Shown piece after piece: positions 19,218-28,233 of a DNA stretch of 64,000 nt (position 1 is the stretch's first letter; each line of letters opens with the position of its first letter). The stretch lies in assembly GCA_905188085.1 (NCBI GenBank), contig CAJJKN010000003.1:44688-108687 (forward strand), written 5' to 3'. This stretch comes from an uncultured Bacillota bacterium (GTDB lineage Bacteria > Bacillota > Clostridia > Christensenellales > QAND01). The notes under the pieces were generated by a model. The model made no database searches. It was not told the origin of the DNA and was given only the letters and a program-made list of their open reading frames with translations. A program made the translations under genes and the position numbers.

Positions 19218-20165
19218 TTGTCCATTTCCAAAAAACATGCCTTAGCCTATGCGGCGATGGCGGTGTACGTTTTGCTTTCTTCCGTTCTTTCCCCCCTGTA
19301 TAAGCCCTGTTTGGCTGCCGGCATGAAACCCGTCAGCACCATGACGGTGCGTTTTCTCATCGTCGGTACCGGGCTTTTGCTCTGGTCGTTTGCCGCGCCT
19401 GCCCGCCGCAAGGAAAGCTGTGCGTTTTTACAGCAACGCAGCGTGCGTTTGCGGCTGTTTGTGCTGGGCATTTTGCGTTCTGTGGAGCTACTTCTATGGT
19501 CCTATGCGCTGCGCGGCACCAATTCGTTTGTCGTTAACATCCTTGGTAATTCTTCACCGTTGTTTGTGTTGGCGGCCAGCATATTGATTTTCCACGAAAA
19601 AGTACCGTTCAAAGTGGCCTGCGGATTGGGCATCACGCTATGTGGGCTTTTGATCGTCTCCCTATCCGGCGGTACGGGCGGTGCCAATCCTTTAAGCATT
19701 GTGTTAATGCTTACGGCTGCGCTGGATAATACCGTGTCTCTGTTTATCAGCCGTGACCTGCGCACGGGCGAAACCCCCATGCCCACCTGCCTTTTGATGG
19801 GCGTTCAGTTTGCCATTTGTACTGTTGTTTTCACTATATTCAGTTTTTGTACCGGCGCGCCGCTGTTTCCGCAAACGCCGGTCACTTGGGTCTTGGTGCT
19901 TGCCATCACATTCTGCAACACGTTTTTAGGCCTGCTCATCCCCATATGGGCTTTGGGTACGTTAAAGCCCGCTACCGTCAGCATCATTTCGTTGGCCAAT
20001 CCGCTGGCCACGGCACTCACCTGCTATGTGTTTTTGGGCGAAATTCCCAGCGTACAGGTTCTAATCGGCGGCGGCGTTGTGCTCATTGGCCTGCTCCTGT
20101 ATATTTGGCAGGATGAGAAAAACAGACAAAAGCTGGCCGCAGCCTCCTCTGAAAAAGTCGTTTAG
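19218..20165 (+). CDS. EamA/DMT family transporter (tandem paralog)
   Basis: A paralog of the preceding gene that shares the motifs SAELLLWS/SVELLLWSYALR and NILGNS. AAGGAGG RBS, TTG start. Confidence 0.8.
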   Translation: MSISKKHALAYAAMAVYVLLSSVLSPLYKPCLAAGMKPVSTMTVRFLIVGTGLLLWSFAAPARRKESCAFLQQRSVRLRLFVLGILRSVELLLWSYALRGTNSFVVNILGNSSPLFVLAASILIFHEKVPFKVACGLGITLCGLLIVSLSGGTGGANPLSIVLMLTAALDNTVSLFISRDLRTGETPMPTCLLMGVQFAICTVVFTIFSFCTGAPLFPQTPVTWVLVLAITFCNTFLGLLIPIWALGTLKPATVSIISLANPLATALTCYVFLGEIPSVQVLIGGGVVLIGLLLYIWQDEKNRQKLAAASSEKVV

Positions 20166-20307
20166 ATCCCTTGAAATTGCACGCTATGTAAAACAATTGC
20201 AAAAAAGCCGTCTGTCCACCAAAGACAAACGGCTTTTTTCATGTCCCTTATTTCCATGAGCAATAACACAAAAACATTTTTTATTTTGCAAGTGCGTTAT
20301 TCTGTTG

Positions 20308-20598
20308 TCAAAAAAATATCTTTATCCCCTCTTCATCCAATCCGCGATACACGAATAAATCATCATACATCGGAACAGCTATTTCTATGAATTCGCATTC
20401 AATATGAAAGTTTCCGGTGCATACGTCAATGGCCACCAAAACATCCTCTACCCGATAACAGCGAATGTTCGCATACGCGTCTTTTGCGCACTTTTTCTTA
20501 TCGCCGTCGTCCTGTGTAAAATCCAGCAAGGCCGCTTTTAAAGGTTCTGCCTTTTCAAGCCGCTGATACGCATAGCTTTTCCGAAAATATCGAGCCAC
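20308..20598 (-). CDS. Hypothetical small protein (possibly the 3' part of a frameshifted ~125-aa gene)
   Basis: A 96-aa ORF. A second open frame (MVAERKRIFENITVRYRRIENRAKKW…) overlaps its 5' end out of phase. Confidence 0.4.
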   Translation of the reverse strand: MARYFRKSYAYQRLEKAEPLKAALLDFTQDDGDKKKCAKDAYANIRCYRVEDVLVAIDVCTGNFHIECEFIEIAVPMYDDLFVYRGLDEEGIKIFF

Positions 20599-20954
20599 TT
20601 CTTGGCCCGGTTTTCGATTCGGCGATAACGAACCGTGATATTTTCAAAAATTCTTTTCCGCTCCGCCACCATTTCCGGGGTTGGTTCTGTTGTCAGTATA
20701 TCGTTTCCCTCCGGTATAACAATGCATCCCGTTTAGCCTGCCAAACGAGAGGCTTTGTCTTTTATCCTTGCAAATTTAATCCGTACGTTTCCCAACCTCT
20801 TGATTTTTTAAGGCCAAGGATACGCGGGGTCAAAACGCACATTCTCGCACGCAACAATCCGCGCCCCGCCCGTGCCCGTTCCGCCGGCCAAGGTTGTTAT
20901 GCAAAAGCGCCGGGGTAAACCACATCGTGTTTTATCTGTTTTGTCACGTTAAAA

Positions 20955-21275
20955 TCAATTCTGATTTGGCGTTACTTTATTTTCTTCCTCCGTTCCCGGA
21001 ACAATGATCGCCCGGCTGTCTACATTGTTGGTCCGTTTTTCCATAATTTTCCTGTACGGCTCGGACGAAAAGCATTTTTCAATGGCCGCCCGATCCGGAA
21101 AACAAATCACAATGCAGCGGTCCGGTTTTCTATCCTCGTTCCAGCTTTCCACCGCATCCGTCCGTACCAGATACCGGCCGCCGTAAGATTCCACCATCGG
21201 CTTTACCTGCTCTATGTAGGCTGCATATTCTTCCGCGTCGCCGTTTATGTAGTTATCCACGATAAAATAGTACAC
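20955..21275 (-). CDS. DUF1330 domain protein
   Basis: A ~100-aa protein, MYYFIVDNYINGDAEEYAAYIEQVKPMVESYGGRYLVR, matching the DUF1330 pattern. Confidence 0.7.
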   Translation of the reverse strand: MYYFIVDNYINGDAEEYAAYIEQVKPMVESYGGRYLVRTDAVESWNEDRKPDRCIVICFPDRAAIEKCFSSEPYRKIMEKRTNNVDSRAIIVPGTEEENKVTPNQN

Positions 21276-21306
21276 GGGATTCTCCCCTCCGTTTTCCTTT
21301 GCGTTT

Positions 21307-22215
21307 TTAGAATTTTTTAACGGCCAGGCAGTAGTTCACATGTTCAAAGGCTTTTAGCTCCGCCCCCGCCTTGTCGATAATCTGTTTTTGAATCTCCTCC
21401 GGCGTCAGCAGCTCATAAATCAAAAATCCGTGCTTTTCCAGCAGTTTTTCAAGCTCTGCATAGGAAAACGACGATTGCATCGGTTCGCCGCCCGCTTTTG
21501 CCATCATGATCGTGTTTTGCACACGCCTTTCCGCGGCGGTAAAGAAGGTTTCGTCCGGGTAATCAAACACCAGCGTGCTGCCCTCCGCGCAAAGGCCGGC
21601 CAGCTCGGAGAGCATTTTGTCTATCGCCTCCGCCGTAAGATAATACGTTACGCCCAGCCATGAGAAAAACGATTTTGCGAATGTATCAAACCCGCCGGCC
21701 CGCAAACATTCGGCTAAGTCATCCTGGGCAAAATCCACCGGAACAAACGAAAGATTTTCCGGAACCTCCCATTCGGCGCGCGCAATCCTGTGTTTTTTAT
21801 CCGCCTGCGTTGCGGGATGATCCACTTCAAACACCTTATATTTTTTCAAAAACGCCTTTTCGCGAAAGGCAAAGGTATCCAGCCCTGCGCCGAGGATGAC
21901 ATATTGCGTTGTCCCGGTCAAAACGGCGGTTTTCAGCGCCTGCTCCGTATAGGCCGCGCGGCATAACGGCGACGGGGCAATGTGAACATTCACAAGCTTT
22001 CGCAGCAGGTCTTTCGGCGCCTGCTTTGAAGCATCTATCTCCGGTTCAAAAAACTTTGCGCCGCCAAGCACATAGCCTTGCACGGCCTCGTATTCTTCCT
22101 CTGTCATCAATTCCTTTGCAAGTGTATCGCCAAATACCGGCGCCTTTTCATTTTCTGCGTGAAACGCCCGCCCAAACGAACTCATAAGTGCTGTGATACT
22201 GCTTTTGTTCTCCAT
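21307..22215 (-). CDS. Class I SAM-dependent methyltransferase (Leu carboxyl methyltransferase / TcmP-like O-MT family)
   Basis: The motifs TQYVILGAGLDTFAFRE and DYPD resemble the LCM/PF04072 family. Confidence 0.75.
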   Translation of the reverse strand: MENKSSITALMSSFGRAFHAENEKAPVFGDTLAKELMTEEEYEAVQGYVLGGAKFFEPEIDASKQAPKDLLRKLVNVHIAPSPLCRAAYTEQALKTAVLTGTTQYVILGAGLDTFAFREKAFLKKYKVFEVDHPATQADKKHRIARAEWEVPENLSFVPVDFAQDDLAECLRAGGFDTFAKSFFSWLGVTYYLTAEAIDKMLSELAGLCAEGSTLVFDYPDETFFTAAERRVQNTIMMAKAGGEPMQSSFSYAELEKLLEKHGFLIYELLTPEEIQKQIIDKAGAELKAFEHVNYCLAVKKF

Positions 22216-22760
22216 CGTTTTCCTCCTGCTTTCTTTTCCTTTTTAGGCGTCCATGGTTGTTCTGTGCAAAATGCTTGCCGTCTCCAGCCCGGTTTACGGT
22301 TTTAAAACAAACACCAATCCGCGTTCTTTGTTTTGTCATAGAGAAACGCACCCGGCGCCTTTTGGGCCGCCTTTCTGCGCTTCGTATCTTTTGACCGTAC
22401 CGCGGATATGCTCGTTTGTTCTTTGGCCGCTGTCCGCTTTGTCCGCGCCGCAAACCTTAGCCATAACAGCGTTTTTAACGTTGTTCCAACCGGAATGTGG
22501 GCCTGTTCCGTCTGCATGGGCAGCCCGGTTTTTCCCCGTCATGATCGTCCTGCCGCTGTTTTTTCGGGCTAAGTGCTTTTTTGCTTTCCTTTTGGCGCGG
22601 TAAAGCAAGAGCCACATACTATGATTCTCCGTATAATTCCATTTCCCTTTTTTTACATGGCTTTTCATATGTTTTGACACCGCAGGATCTTTTTTCATTC
22701 GCCTTATTTTCCCTAAGTGCCTGTTTTTTACACGGGCCGTTTTCGTATCGTATGCCTGTT

Positions 22761-23204
22761 TTATCGCCCAAGAGTTTCAAAAAAACGAACCGCAGCCGCA
22801 ATTTCATCCGGCTTCGGATGCCTTTTGTTTATCCCGCCGATCAGCTTAAACAGGCCGAACGTATCGTATCCTTTGCAACAATAGGTGCCGAGTATCGTGC
22901 AATCCTTTTCCTCCGCCAGGTTTTTTGCTGCGGCGTTATGCTTTTCTTTCGGGTCTCCGGCCGTGTGAAGAAAAAATACCTCTTTCCCTGCGGGCAGGTT
23001 TTTCTCCATAAATGTCAATAGCGGCGGATAGTATTTCCCAAAGGCAACCCCGGAGGCAAAGCCGATGCGATCGTAATTCTTTAAGTCTGCCGTTTGTTGC
23101 AAATCAGCGTCTATCACATCCACGGCGTGCGCTTTGGCAATGGCCTCCACCAGCTTTTTTGTATTTCCATGATGCCGGGAGGCGTATACAATGACGGTTT
23201 TCAT
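22761..23204 (-). CDS. Flavodoxin family protein
   Basis: MKTVIVYASRHHGNTKKLVEAIA… is a flavodoxin-like fold signature. Confidence 0.8.
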   Translation of the reverse strand: MKTVIVYASRHHGNTKKLVEAIAKAHAVDVIDADLQQTADLKNYDRIGFASGVAFGKYYPPLLTFMEKNLPAGKEVFFLHTAGDPKEKHNAAAKNLAEEKDCTILGTYCCKGYDTFGLFKLIGGINKRHPKPDEIAAAVRFFETLGR

Positions 23205-23256
23205 TTAAACCTCCTTCCTAAATCTATCCGTTTAAAAATGGCCATGCGTTGGGGCG

Positions 23257-23823
23257 TCACTGTTCGTTTGCGCTTTCTTTCTGCGCCAGCTCCGCGCCGT
23301 AGCGGCAAAGCAAAGAGATCACAAGCAGCATTATGCCCAGCACAATTCTTGCCCCGTTGTCAAAGCCAAAATCCAGCATTGCCGCTTTTTCAACCTGCAA
23401 AAAGCCTGCCACAATGCCCTCCGCAATGCTGCCGATTACGGCACACCCGATAGGAATGGCCATTGTCAAAATGCCCAGCCGCATCAGTTCTTTGGCCCCG
23501 GCCGGGGTAAAAGGCGTGCCGGCCTGCCCTTCATGTTCAAAATAAGCTTGCGCAAACTTTGCCAGCACCCCTTCTCCCGCGCAAACAATCAACCAGCCGG
23601 ATAGCGCCGCGGCTATGGCTCCGGGGGCGTATCCGCTGCTGTTTGCGATCAGCCCGTGCAGGGTAACGCCGCCGATCTTAATCAGCTCTCCGCCAAAGCC
23701 AAGGCCAATCAGCCCCGCTATGCTGCCGCAAAAGCCGATCATCGAAAAGATAAATGCAATTTTGCTGAGCACCTTTCCCATTTTAAAAAGCTTTTGAATC
23801 AAATTCAGATTGCGTGATTCCAT
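23257..23823 (-). CDS. Membrane protein, function unknown
   Basis: A hydrophobic protein of ~188 aa. Start taken at MESRNL…, with AAAGGAGAAGGA upstream. Confidence 0.6.
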   Translation of the reverse strand: MESRNLNLIQKLFKMGKVLSKIAFIFSMIGFCGSIAGLIGLGFGGELIKIGGVTLHGLIANSSGYAPGAIAAALSGWLIVCAGEGVLAKFAQAYFEHEGQAGTPFTPAGAKELMRLGILTMAIPIGCAVIGSIAEGIVAGFLQVEKAAMLDFGFDNGARIVLGIMLLVISLLCRYGAELAQKESANEQ

Positions 23824-23837
23824 TGTCCTTCTCCTTT

Positions 23838-24770
23838 TTATTGTATTTCTAGATTTCCGTCGGCTGTTTCCACGATAAGCTTGCAAGCCCCGCCGCCAAA
23901 TACAACCAGATCGCCCTTTTGTTCATACGCACGCTTTGTTTTCAGTTTTCCGCTGCTGTGTTCATACAAAACCTCCGCCCCGCCTTGCCCCAACATCAGG
24001 GCTACGTTCCCGCCGACGGTGCGGATTTTGGCCGCCTCCGTTTCTGCAAAGCCGATGTTTACACGCCCGCCGACAGTCGTAATTTCCGCCGTTTTTACGG
24101 CCAGGCTGTTTACCGTAACAAAGCCGGAGGAGGCGCTGCCGTCAAATTTTTCAGCCGAAACCGTGCCAAAATCAATCGAGCCGGAGATTGTGCCGCATTT
24201 TATTGCCTCGGCCGAAACACTGTCCGCCCGAATGGCGCCGGAACTGCTGGTTAAATCCACGCTTTTCGCCGTCACCGCGCCCAGCGATATACTGCCGGAA
24301 AATGAGGCGATCAAAATATCATGCTGCCGCAACGTCTCTGCTTTCACCCGGGCCGATGTCGTGTGAACGGAAAATGCAATCCCTTTGGACACTTCCAGCT
24401 GCAATCGTTTCTCACTCCCCTCCACCCGAACCTTCGCCCCGGAGGCACAAAAGCGGATTTTCAATACGCCGTCCTCTAACAGATAGTGCAGCGCGGTCTC
24501 CTCCGGCAACACGCCGCTTTCTTTCACGCTGAGCTTTGCTTTGTCCGATTCCGCAATTTCCACCTCGCCGGAGCGCCAATACACCTCAACGGCTTTGATT
24601 TTATCCGCCTCATAGGCAAACGCGCCCGTTTGGTATTTCTCGCTGTCCGGATATGTCTCTCCCGTCAGCCTATCGTCTGTTCCCATCGATAGGCCGCGGC
24701 AGCCGGACAGCAGCGCGGCCGCAAAGATACACAGCATCCACAAAGCCGTGCGCCGTATCCTCTGGTGCAT
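23838..24770 (-). CDS. DUF4097 family lipoprotein (YvlB/LiaF-C-terminal-like putative adhesin beta-solenoid)
   Basis: The lipobox LLSGC follows a signal peptide. Repeated G-S-I/V β-strand motifs are typical of DUF4097. Confidence 0.7.
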   Translation of the reverse strand: MHQRIRRTALWMLCIFAAALLSGCRGLSMGTDDRLTGETYPDSEKYQTGAFAYEADKIKAVEVYWRSGEVEIAESDKAKLSVKESGVLPEETALHYLLEDGVLKIRFCASGAKVRVEGSEKRLQLEVSKGIAFSVHTTSARVKAETLRQHDILIASFSGSISLGAVTAKSVDLTSSSGAIRADSVSAEAIKCGTISGSIDFGTVSAEKFDGSASSGFVTVNSLAVKTAEITTVGGRVNIGFAETEAAKIRTVGGNVALMLGQGGAEVLYEHSSGKLKTKRAYEQKGDLVVFGGGACKLIVETADGNLEIQ

Positions 24771-24872
24771 CGTTCCTCTCCTTTGTAATCAATCGTTTGT
24801 CTTTCGCGGCAAACTTGCCTTTGCCCCGCCTCCTGGGCCGGAAAACATTTTTTGCTTAGTGCCGCTTACGCT

Positions 24873-25085
24873 TTATTCAGGTTTCTTTTGCACAAACAGC
24901 ACCGTCTGCGCTTTCATGGAAATTTTGCCGACCTCATAGCCATAGGGCAGCAGCTCCTTTTTGTATTTCAAAAAGGAATGATCCAGCGGCACCCCCGCAA
25001 TTTCGCCGATTTCGTCAAAGGTCATTGTCAGCTGCGGCTTGCCGCATTTTTGAATGTATTCCCAGAGCGGTTCATATTTGCTCAT
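24873..25085 (-). CDS. Small conserved hypothetical protein (~70 aa)
   Basis: MSKYEPLWEYIQKCGKPQLTMTFDEIGEIAGVPLDHSFLKYKKELLPYGYEV… with GGAGGA 7 nt upstream of the ATG. The track ORF extends further 5' in a K/R-rich frame that is unlikely to be real. Confidence 0.55.
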   Translation of the reverse strand: MSKYEPLWEYIQKCGKPQLTMTFDEIGEIAGVPLDHSFLKYKKELLPYGYEVGKISMKAQTVLFVQKKPE

Positions 25086-25260
25086 GTCTTTGTCCTCCAT
25101 ATCTTGTTTTTGAAAAGCGTTTCCCTTTTGGGCCCATCTCCGGTTTTTCCGTTTTTCACGCACGCCGCATCCGCTTAATCCCCGCCGGCGCTTGTTTTTC
25201 AACCGAAGTATCGGTGCATTTTGTACATAAAGACGCAGAGCAAACCAAATTTCTTTAGGT

Positions 25261-25452
25261 TCAGCGCTGCGTCTTCGCGTCTGGCTTTGTTTTAACTTTT
25301 ATTTTGTCCCCGTGTATTGAGATCACAAACGTCTTTTTGCATTTCGGGCAAAACAGCGGGAAGTTTTGCAAAATCGTATCTTCCCGAATCTGCGTTCGTG
25401 TCTTTCCATGACATTCCGGACACAAGATCCACTGTGTTTTGCCCCCGTTCAT
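25261..25452 (-). CDS. Cysteine-rich KTR domain protein (zinc ribbon)
   Basis: CPECHGKTRTQ…CPKCKK is the Cys_rich_KTR pattern. 63 aa. Confidence 0.75.
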   Translation of the reverse strand: MNGGKTQWILCPECHGKTRTQIREDTILQNFPLFCPKCKKTFVISIHGDKIKVKTKPDAKTQR

Positions 25453-26033
25453 TTTTCCTCACCGGCTTTGGATTTTACCAGCAGCATCATCGCCTGAAAT
25501 TCCGTAGACAACATTTCTCCCAGCTTTTCTTCGGAAAAATGGCATACCCGCGTGGCGCACAAAGCGCCCACCCCAAAGGTGTAAATCCACACGTTTTCAA
25601 ACAACCGCTTGGCGTCCGTTTCGCTCATCCCGTATTCATCCCGAATCAGCCCAATGCAGGTCTCTGCCGTGGGGCCCAACTCACCGAATACGTCATCAAA
25701 GCTAACGGCGTTTCGGTTTTCCTGCATAAACAACAGCTGATACAATTTCGGCTCTTTCGCGCCAAACAGAACCATCTGCATGCCCACCTGTTTAAACAAC
25801 GGCATATCGGGCAATTTTTTCTCTGCAAAATTTTCAAACCGGCACATCGCAGCGGCGCGCACCTCGTTTTGCACCTCTTTCATGCTGTTAAACACCGTGA
25901 AAATCGGGCGGGCGGAGCTGCCAAGCGCATCGCCCAGCTCTTTGGCCGTCAGCGCCTCCACGCCTTTTTTAGAGACAATTTCCAACGCCGTCTGCACAAT
26001 TTTCTCTTTGGTAAATTTCGGTTTTGGCGGCAT
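25449..26033 (-). CDS. TetR/AcrR family transcriptional regulator
   Basis: The N-terminal HTH (IVQTALEIVSKKGVEALTAKELGDALGSS…FTVFNSMKEV) is typical of TetR. Confidence 0.88.
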   Translation of the reverse strand: MPPKPKFTKEKIVQTALEIVSKKGVEALTAKELGDALGSSARPIFTVFNSMKEVQNEVRAAAMCRFENFAEKKLPDMPLFKQVGMQMVLFGAKEPKLYQLLFMQENRNAVSFDDVFGELGPTAETCIGLIRDEYGMSETDAKRLFENVWIYTFGVGALCATRVCHFSEEKLGEMLSTEFQAMMLLVKSKAGEEK

Positions 26034-26369
26034 AAAAACTCCCCTTTTTATATTAAAATAATCGTTTTAAAACATTCGTTTTGCATTAAGCATTTTAATT
26101 ATAATTGCCGTGCAAATCCCTGTCAATAGCAGGCATACTTTCTTATTGTTTTGCGCTTTTTGCCCTTATCTGTCCTCTTTAACCCTGCCACAGCAAGCCG
26201 AAAAATAAATTTACACGATGTCGATTAAGCCATAGCGGCAAAATTTCTAAAAACAAGCTTGACCCAGATACAAAAACGGCATGGCCGTCCCGATCATACC
26301 GTTTGTTCCGTCATCGTAAATCATCCTATGCAAAAACTTGCGCCTGCCTCCGCGCTTTGATAGGCGGGC

Positions 26370-27281
26370 TTATCTGTCTTTAAACACGCCGGTTTTGCAC
26401 TGTATACTGCGAAATCCCGTATATGAAATGCCCAAAAGCCGATCCATCTCCCGGACCGCATTTTCATATCTGTCCTTTGTATGGTGCACCACCACATAAT
26501 CCGCTTCACGAATCTGCCCGGCCGCCTGCTCGCAAAAGCTGCGCACCGGCGCCGCCAGCGCAAACACCCAGATCGGCGTGCAGATCGTCACATGCTCATA
26601 GGCGGATAAATCCACGCCGATCGGCTCTATCGGCATGCCCCACCTGTGCATACCAAACCGCCCGCACCACCAAAAGCCCAGCGTGCCGGCCACCCGTTCC
26701 GTCGATTTAATTTCATATACCGCTGCGCCCGTTTTATCCGCCAGATCATACGCCTGTTTTTTCACATACCCCATCCGGGAAAAATACACCACCAGCCGCT
26801 TTTTGTTTGTGCCGATGTTTGTATACGCCGCCGTGTTCACGGTAAACGCTTCCTGCTTGTAAAAAATCCAGGCCGCATAGCCCGTGGCCGCCTGGCAAAG
26901 GCCAAAGATAAAATAGGCCGTGGACATAAAATTCAGCGGAAACATATAAAACTGAATGCAGATCCACAACATCAGCGTAATGCCGAAACTGCCGCCCAAC
27001 ACAATCCCGGCCTTCTTCTTTGCCAGCAAAAAGCCCGCCGCCGTTAAATTGCTCAGCCCGTTTACAATCAGCAGTGCAATCCCGGAAAACGTAAAATCCT
27101 GAAACACCACCTCTGCAAACGGAAGCACCTGAAAATACGGAAGCATGGCATCCATCCCCATGGCTTTCCCGCTCGGGTCTATCAGCATGCCCGCCGCGCC
27201 TGCCACGGCGCCCAGGCCGATAAACAGCGTCCAAAAAATCAAAAGGCGGCGCGCTGTGCGGTATCTAGATCTTGTTTCCAT
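26370..27281 (-). CDS. Membrane protein (4 TM) fused to a C-terminal flavodoxin-like domain
   Basis: Start taken at METRSRY…. An N-terminal hydrophobic region is followed by RLVVYFSRMGYVKKQAYDLADKTGAAVYEI…, which looks flavodoxin-like. Confidence 0.6.
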   Translation of the reverse strand: METRSRYRTARRLLIFWTLFIGLGAVAGAAGMLIDPSGKAMGMDAMLPYFQVLPFAEVVFQDFTFSGIALLIVNGLSNLTAAGFLLAKKKAGIVLGGSFGITLMLWICIQFYMFPLNFMSTAYFIFGLCQAATGYAAWIFYKQEAFTVNTAAYTNIGTNKKRLVVYFSRMGYVKKQAYDLADKTGAAVYEIKSTERVAGTLGFWWCGRFGMHRWGMPIEPIGVDLSAYEHVTICTPIWVFALAAPVRSFCEQAAGQIREADYVVVHHTKDRYENAVREMDRLLGISYTGFRSIQCKTGVFKDR

Positions 27282-27630
27282 TTTCGTTTCCTTTCCTGCC
27301 CTGTTTTTTTGCAAAACACAGCCCGGCCATACGTTGCCCGGCGCACCCCTGCCCGCTTTCCATTGGCCGGCTGCTTTCGTCGTATTGCCGGATTGTTTAT
27401 AAAATAACGCCAAATATATAACATGCACTATCTAACACCATTCTGGCCGGAAAGTCCATACCTATCAACAAAAAATAGCGGTTTATGGCAGTTTTTGTTG
27501 CGTCAGGTTTTCTTTCTCTGTGTGCCCGTACCGGTTTTTTCTGTCTTTCATCCTGTTATATTGTTTCATTGTCCGCCTTGTTTCAGTATTTTCGGCCAAC
27601 AAAAAAGGAGCCTTTCGGCTCCTCTTTTTC

Positions 27631-28233
27631 TTACTTAAAGCGGATAGACTGGAAAAAGTCTTCCATCGTATGTTCGTTGTAGCCGTCTTCCTCCGCCACA
27701 TATACCAACACATACGCCGCGCTTTCGTTTACAAACACCACATACTGCCCGCGGCGCGTTTTGCTGGGCAGCGGGTCTTCCTCGTCTTCATCCGGCGGCA
27801 GCGTAAACGAGTAGCGCACACACGCACGGTCCTGAATGGTATCGTTCACGCCGGGATCGTAAATGGCGCCCGCCAAAAGCGTGCTCATCATATCCTTTAA
27901 CAGCGCGCTGAACAGCTTATCCTGGTCATAGGTATGCCCGGCGTTTTCCCAGCACGTTTTATAATCCTGCACCAGTTGCCCCCAGTCCGCCTCCACGGCC
28001 GTGTAGGTTGCGCCGGCGGAATAGTCCACCGTTTCCGTCGTGGTCAGCGTCATGCTGGAGGACAGGCCGATTTCCGAAATCTCAATCGGAATGCTTTGCG
28101 ATTCTTTTGCCACATCGCCCGGCATCTCCACCACATAGTTTCCGGCGTCCACCTGCTCTACGGTTTTGCCGCCGCAGCCGGCCGTTAACAGCAAAGCCAA
28201 ACACAGCGCCAACGCGCTTTTCATTTTCTTCAT
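27631..28233 (-). CDS. Hypothetical lipoprotein
   Basis: MKKMKSALALCLALLLTAGCGG has a lipobox. A terminator lies downstream at 27601-27635. Confidence 0.7.
   Translation of the reverse strand: MKKMKSALALCLALLLTAGCGGKTVEQVDAGNYVVEMPGDVAKESQSIPIEISEIGLSSSMTLTTTETVDYSAGATYTAVEADWGQLVQDYKTCWENAGHTYDQDKLFSALLKDMMSTLLAGAIYDPGVNDTIQDRACVRYSFTLPPDEDEEDPLPSKTRRGQYVVFVNESAAYVLVYVAEEDGYNEHTMEDFFQSIRFK

Noticed and set aside
22336-22698. 120-aa K/R-rich minus-strand ORF in the 545-bp gap
   Set aside because: It has no convincing RBS and its composition is random-looking, without a recognisable fold signature. I treat it as non-coding or a pseudogene remnant.
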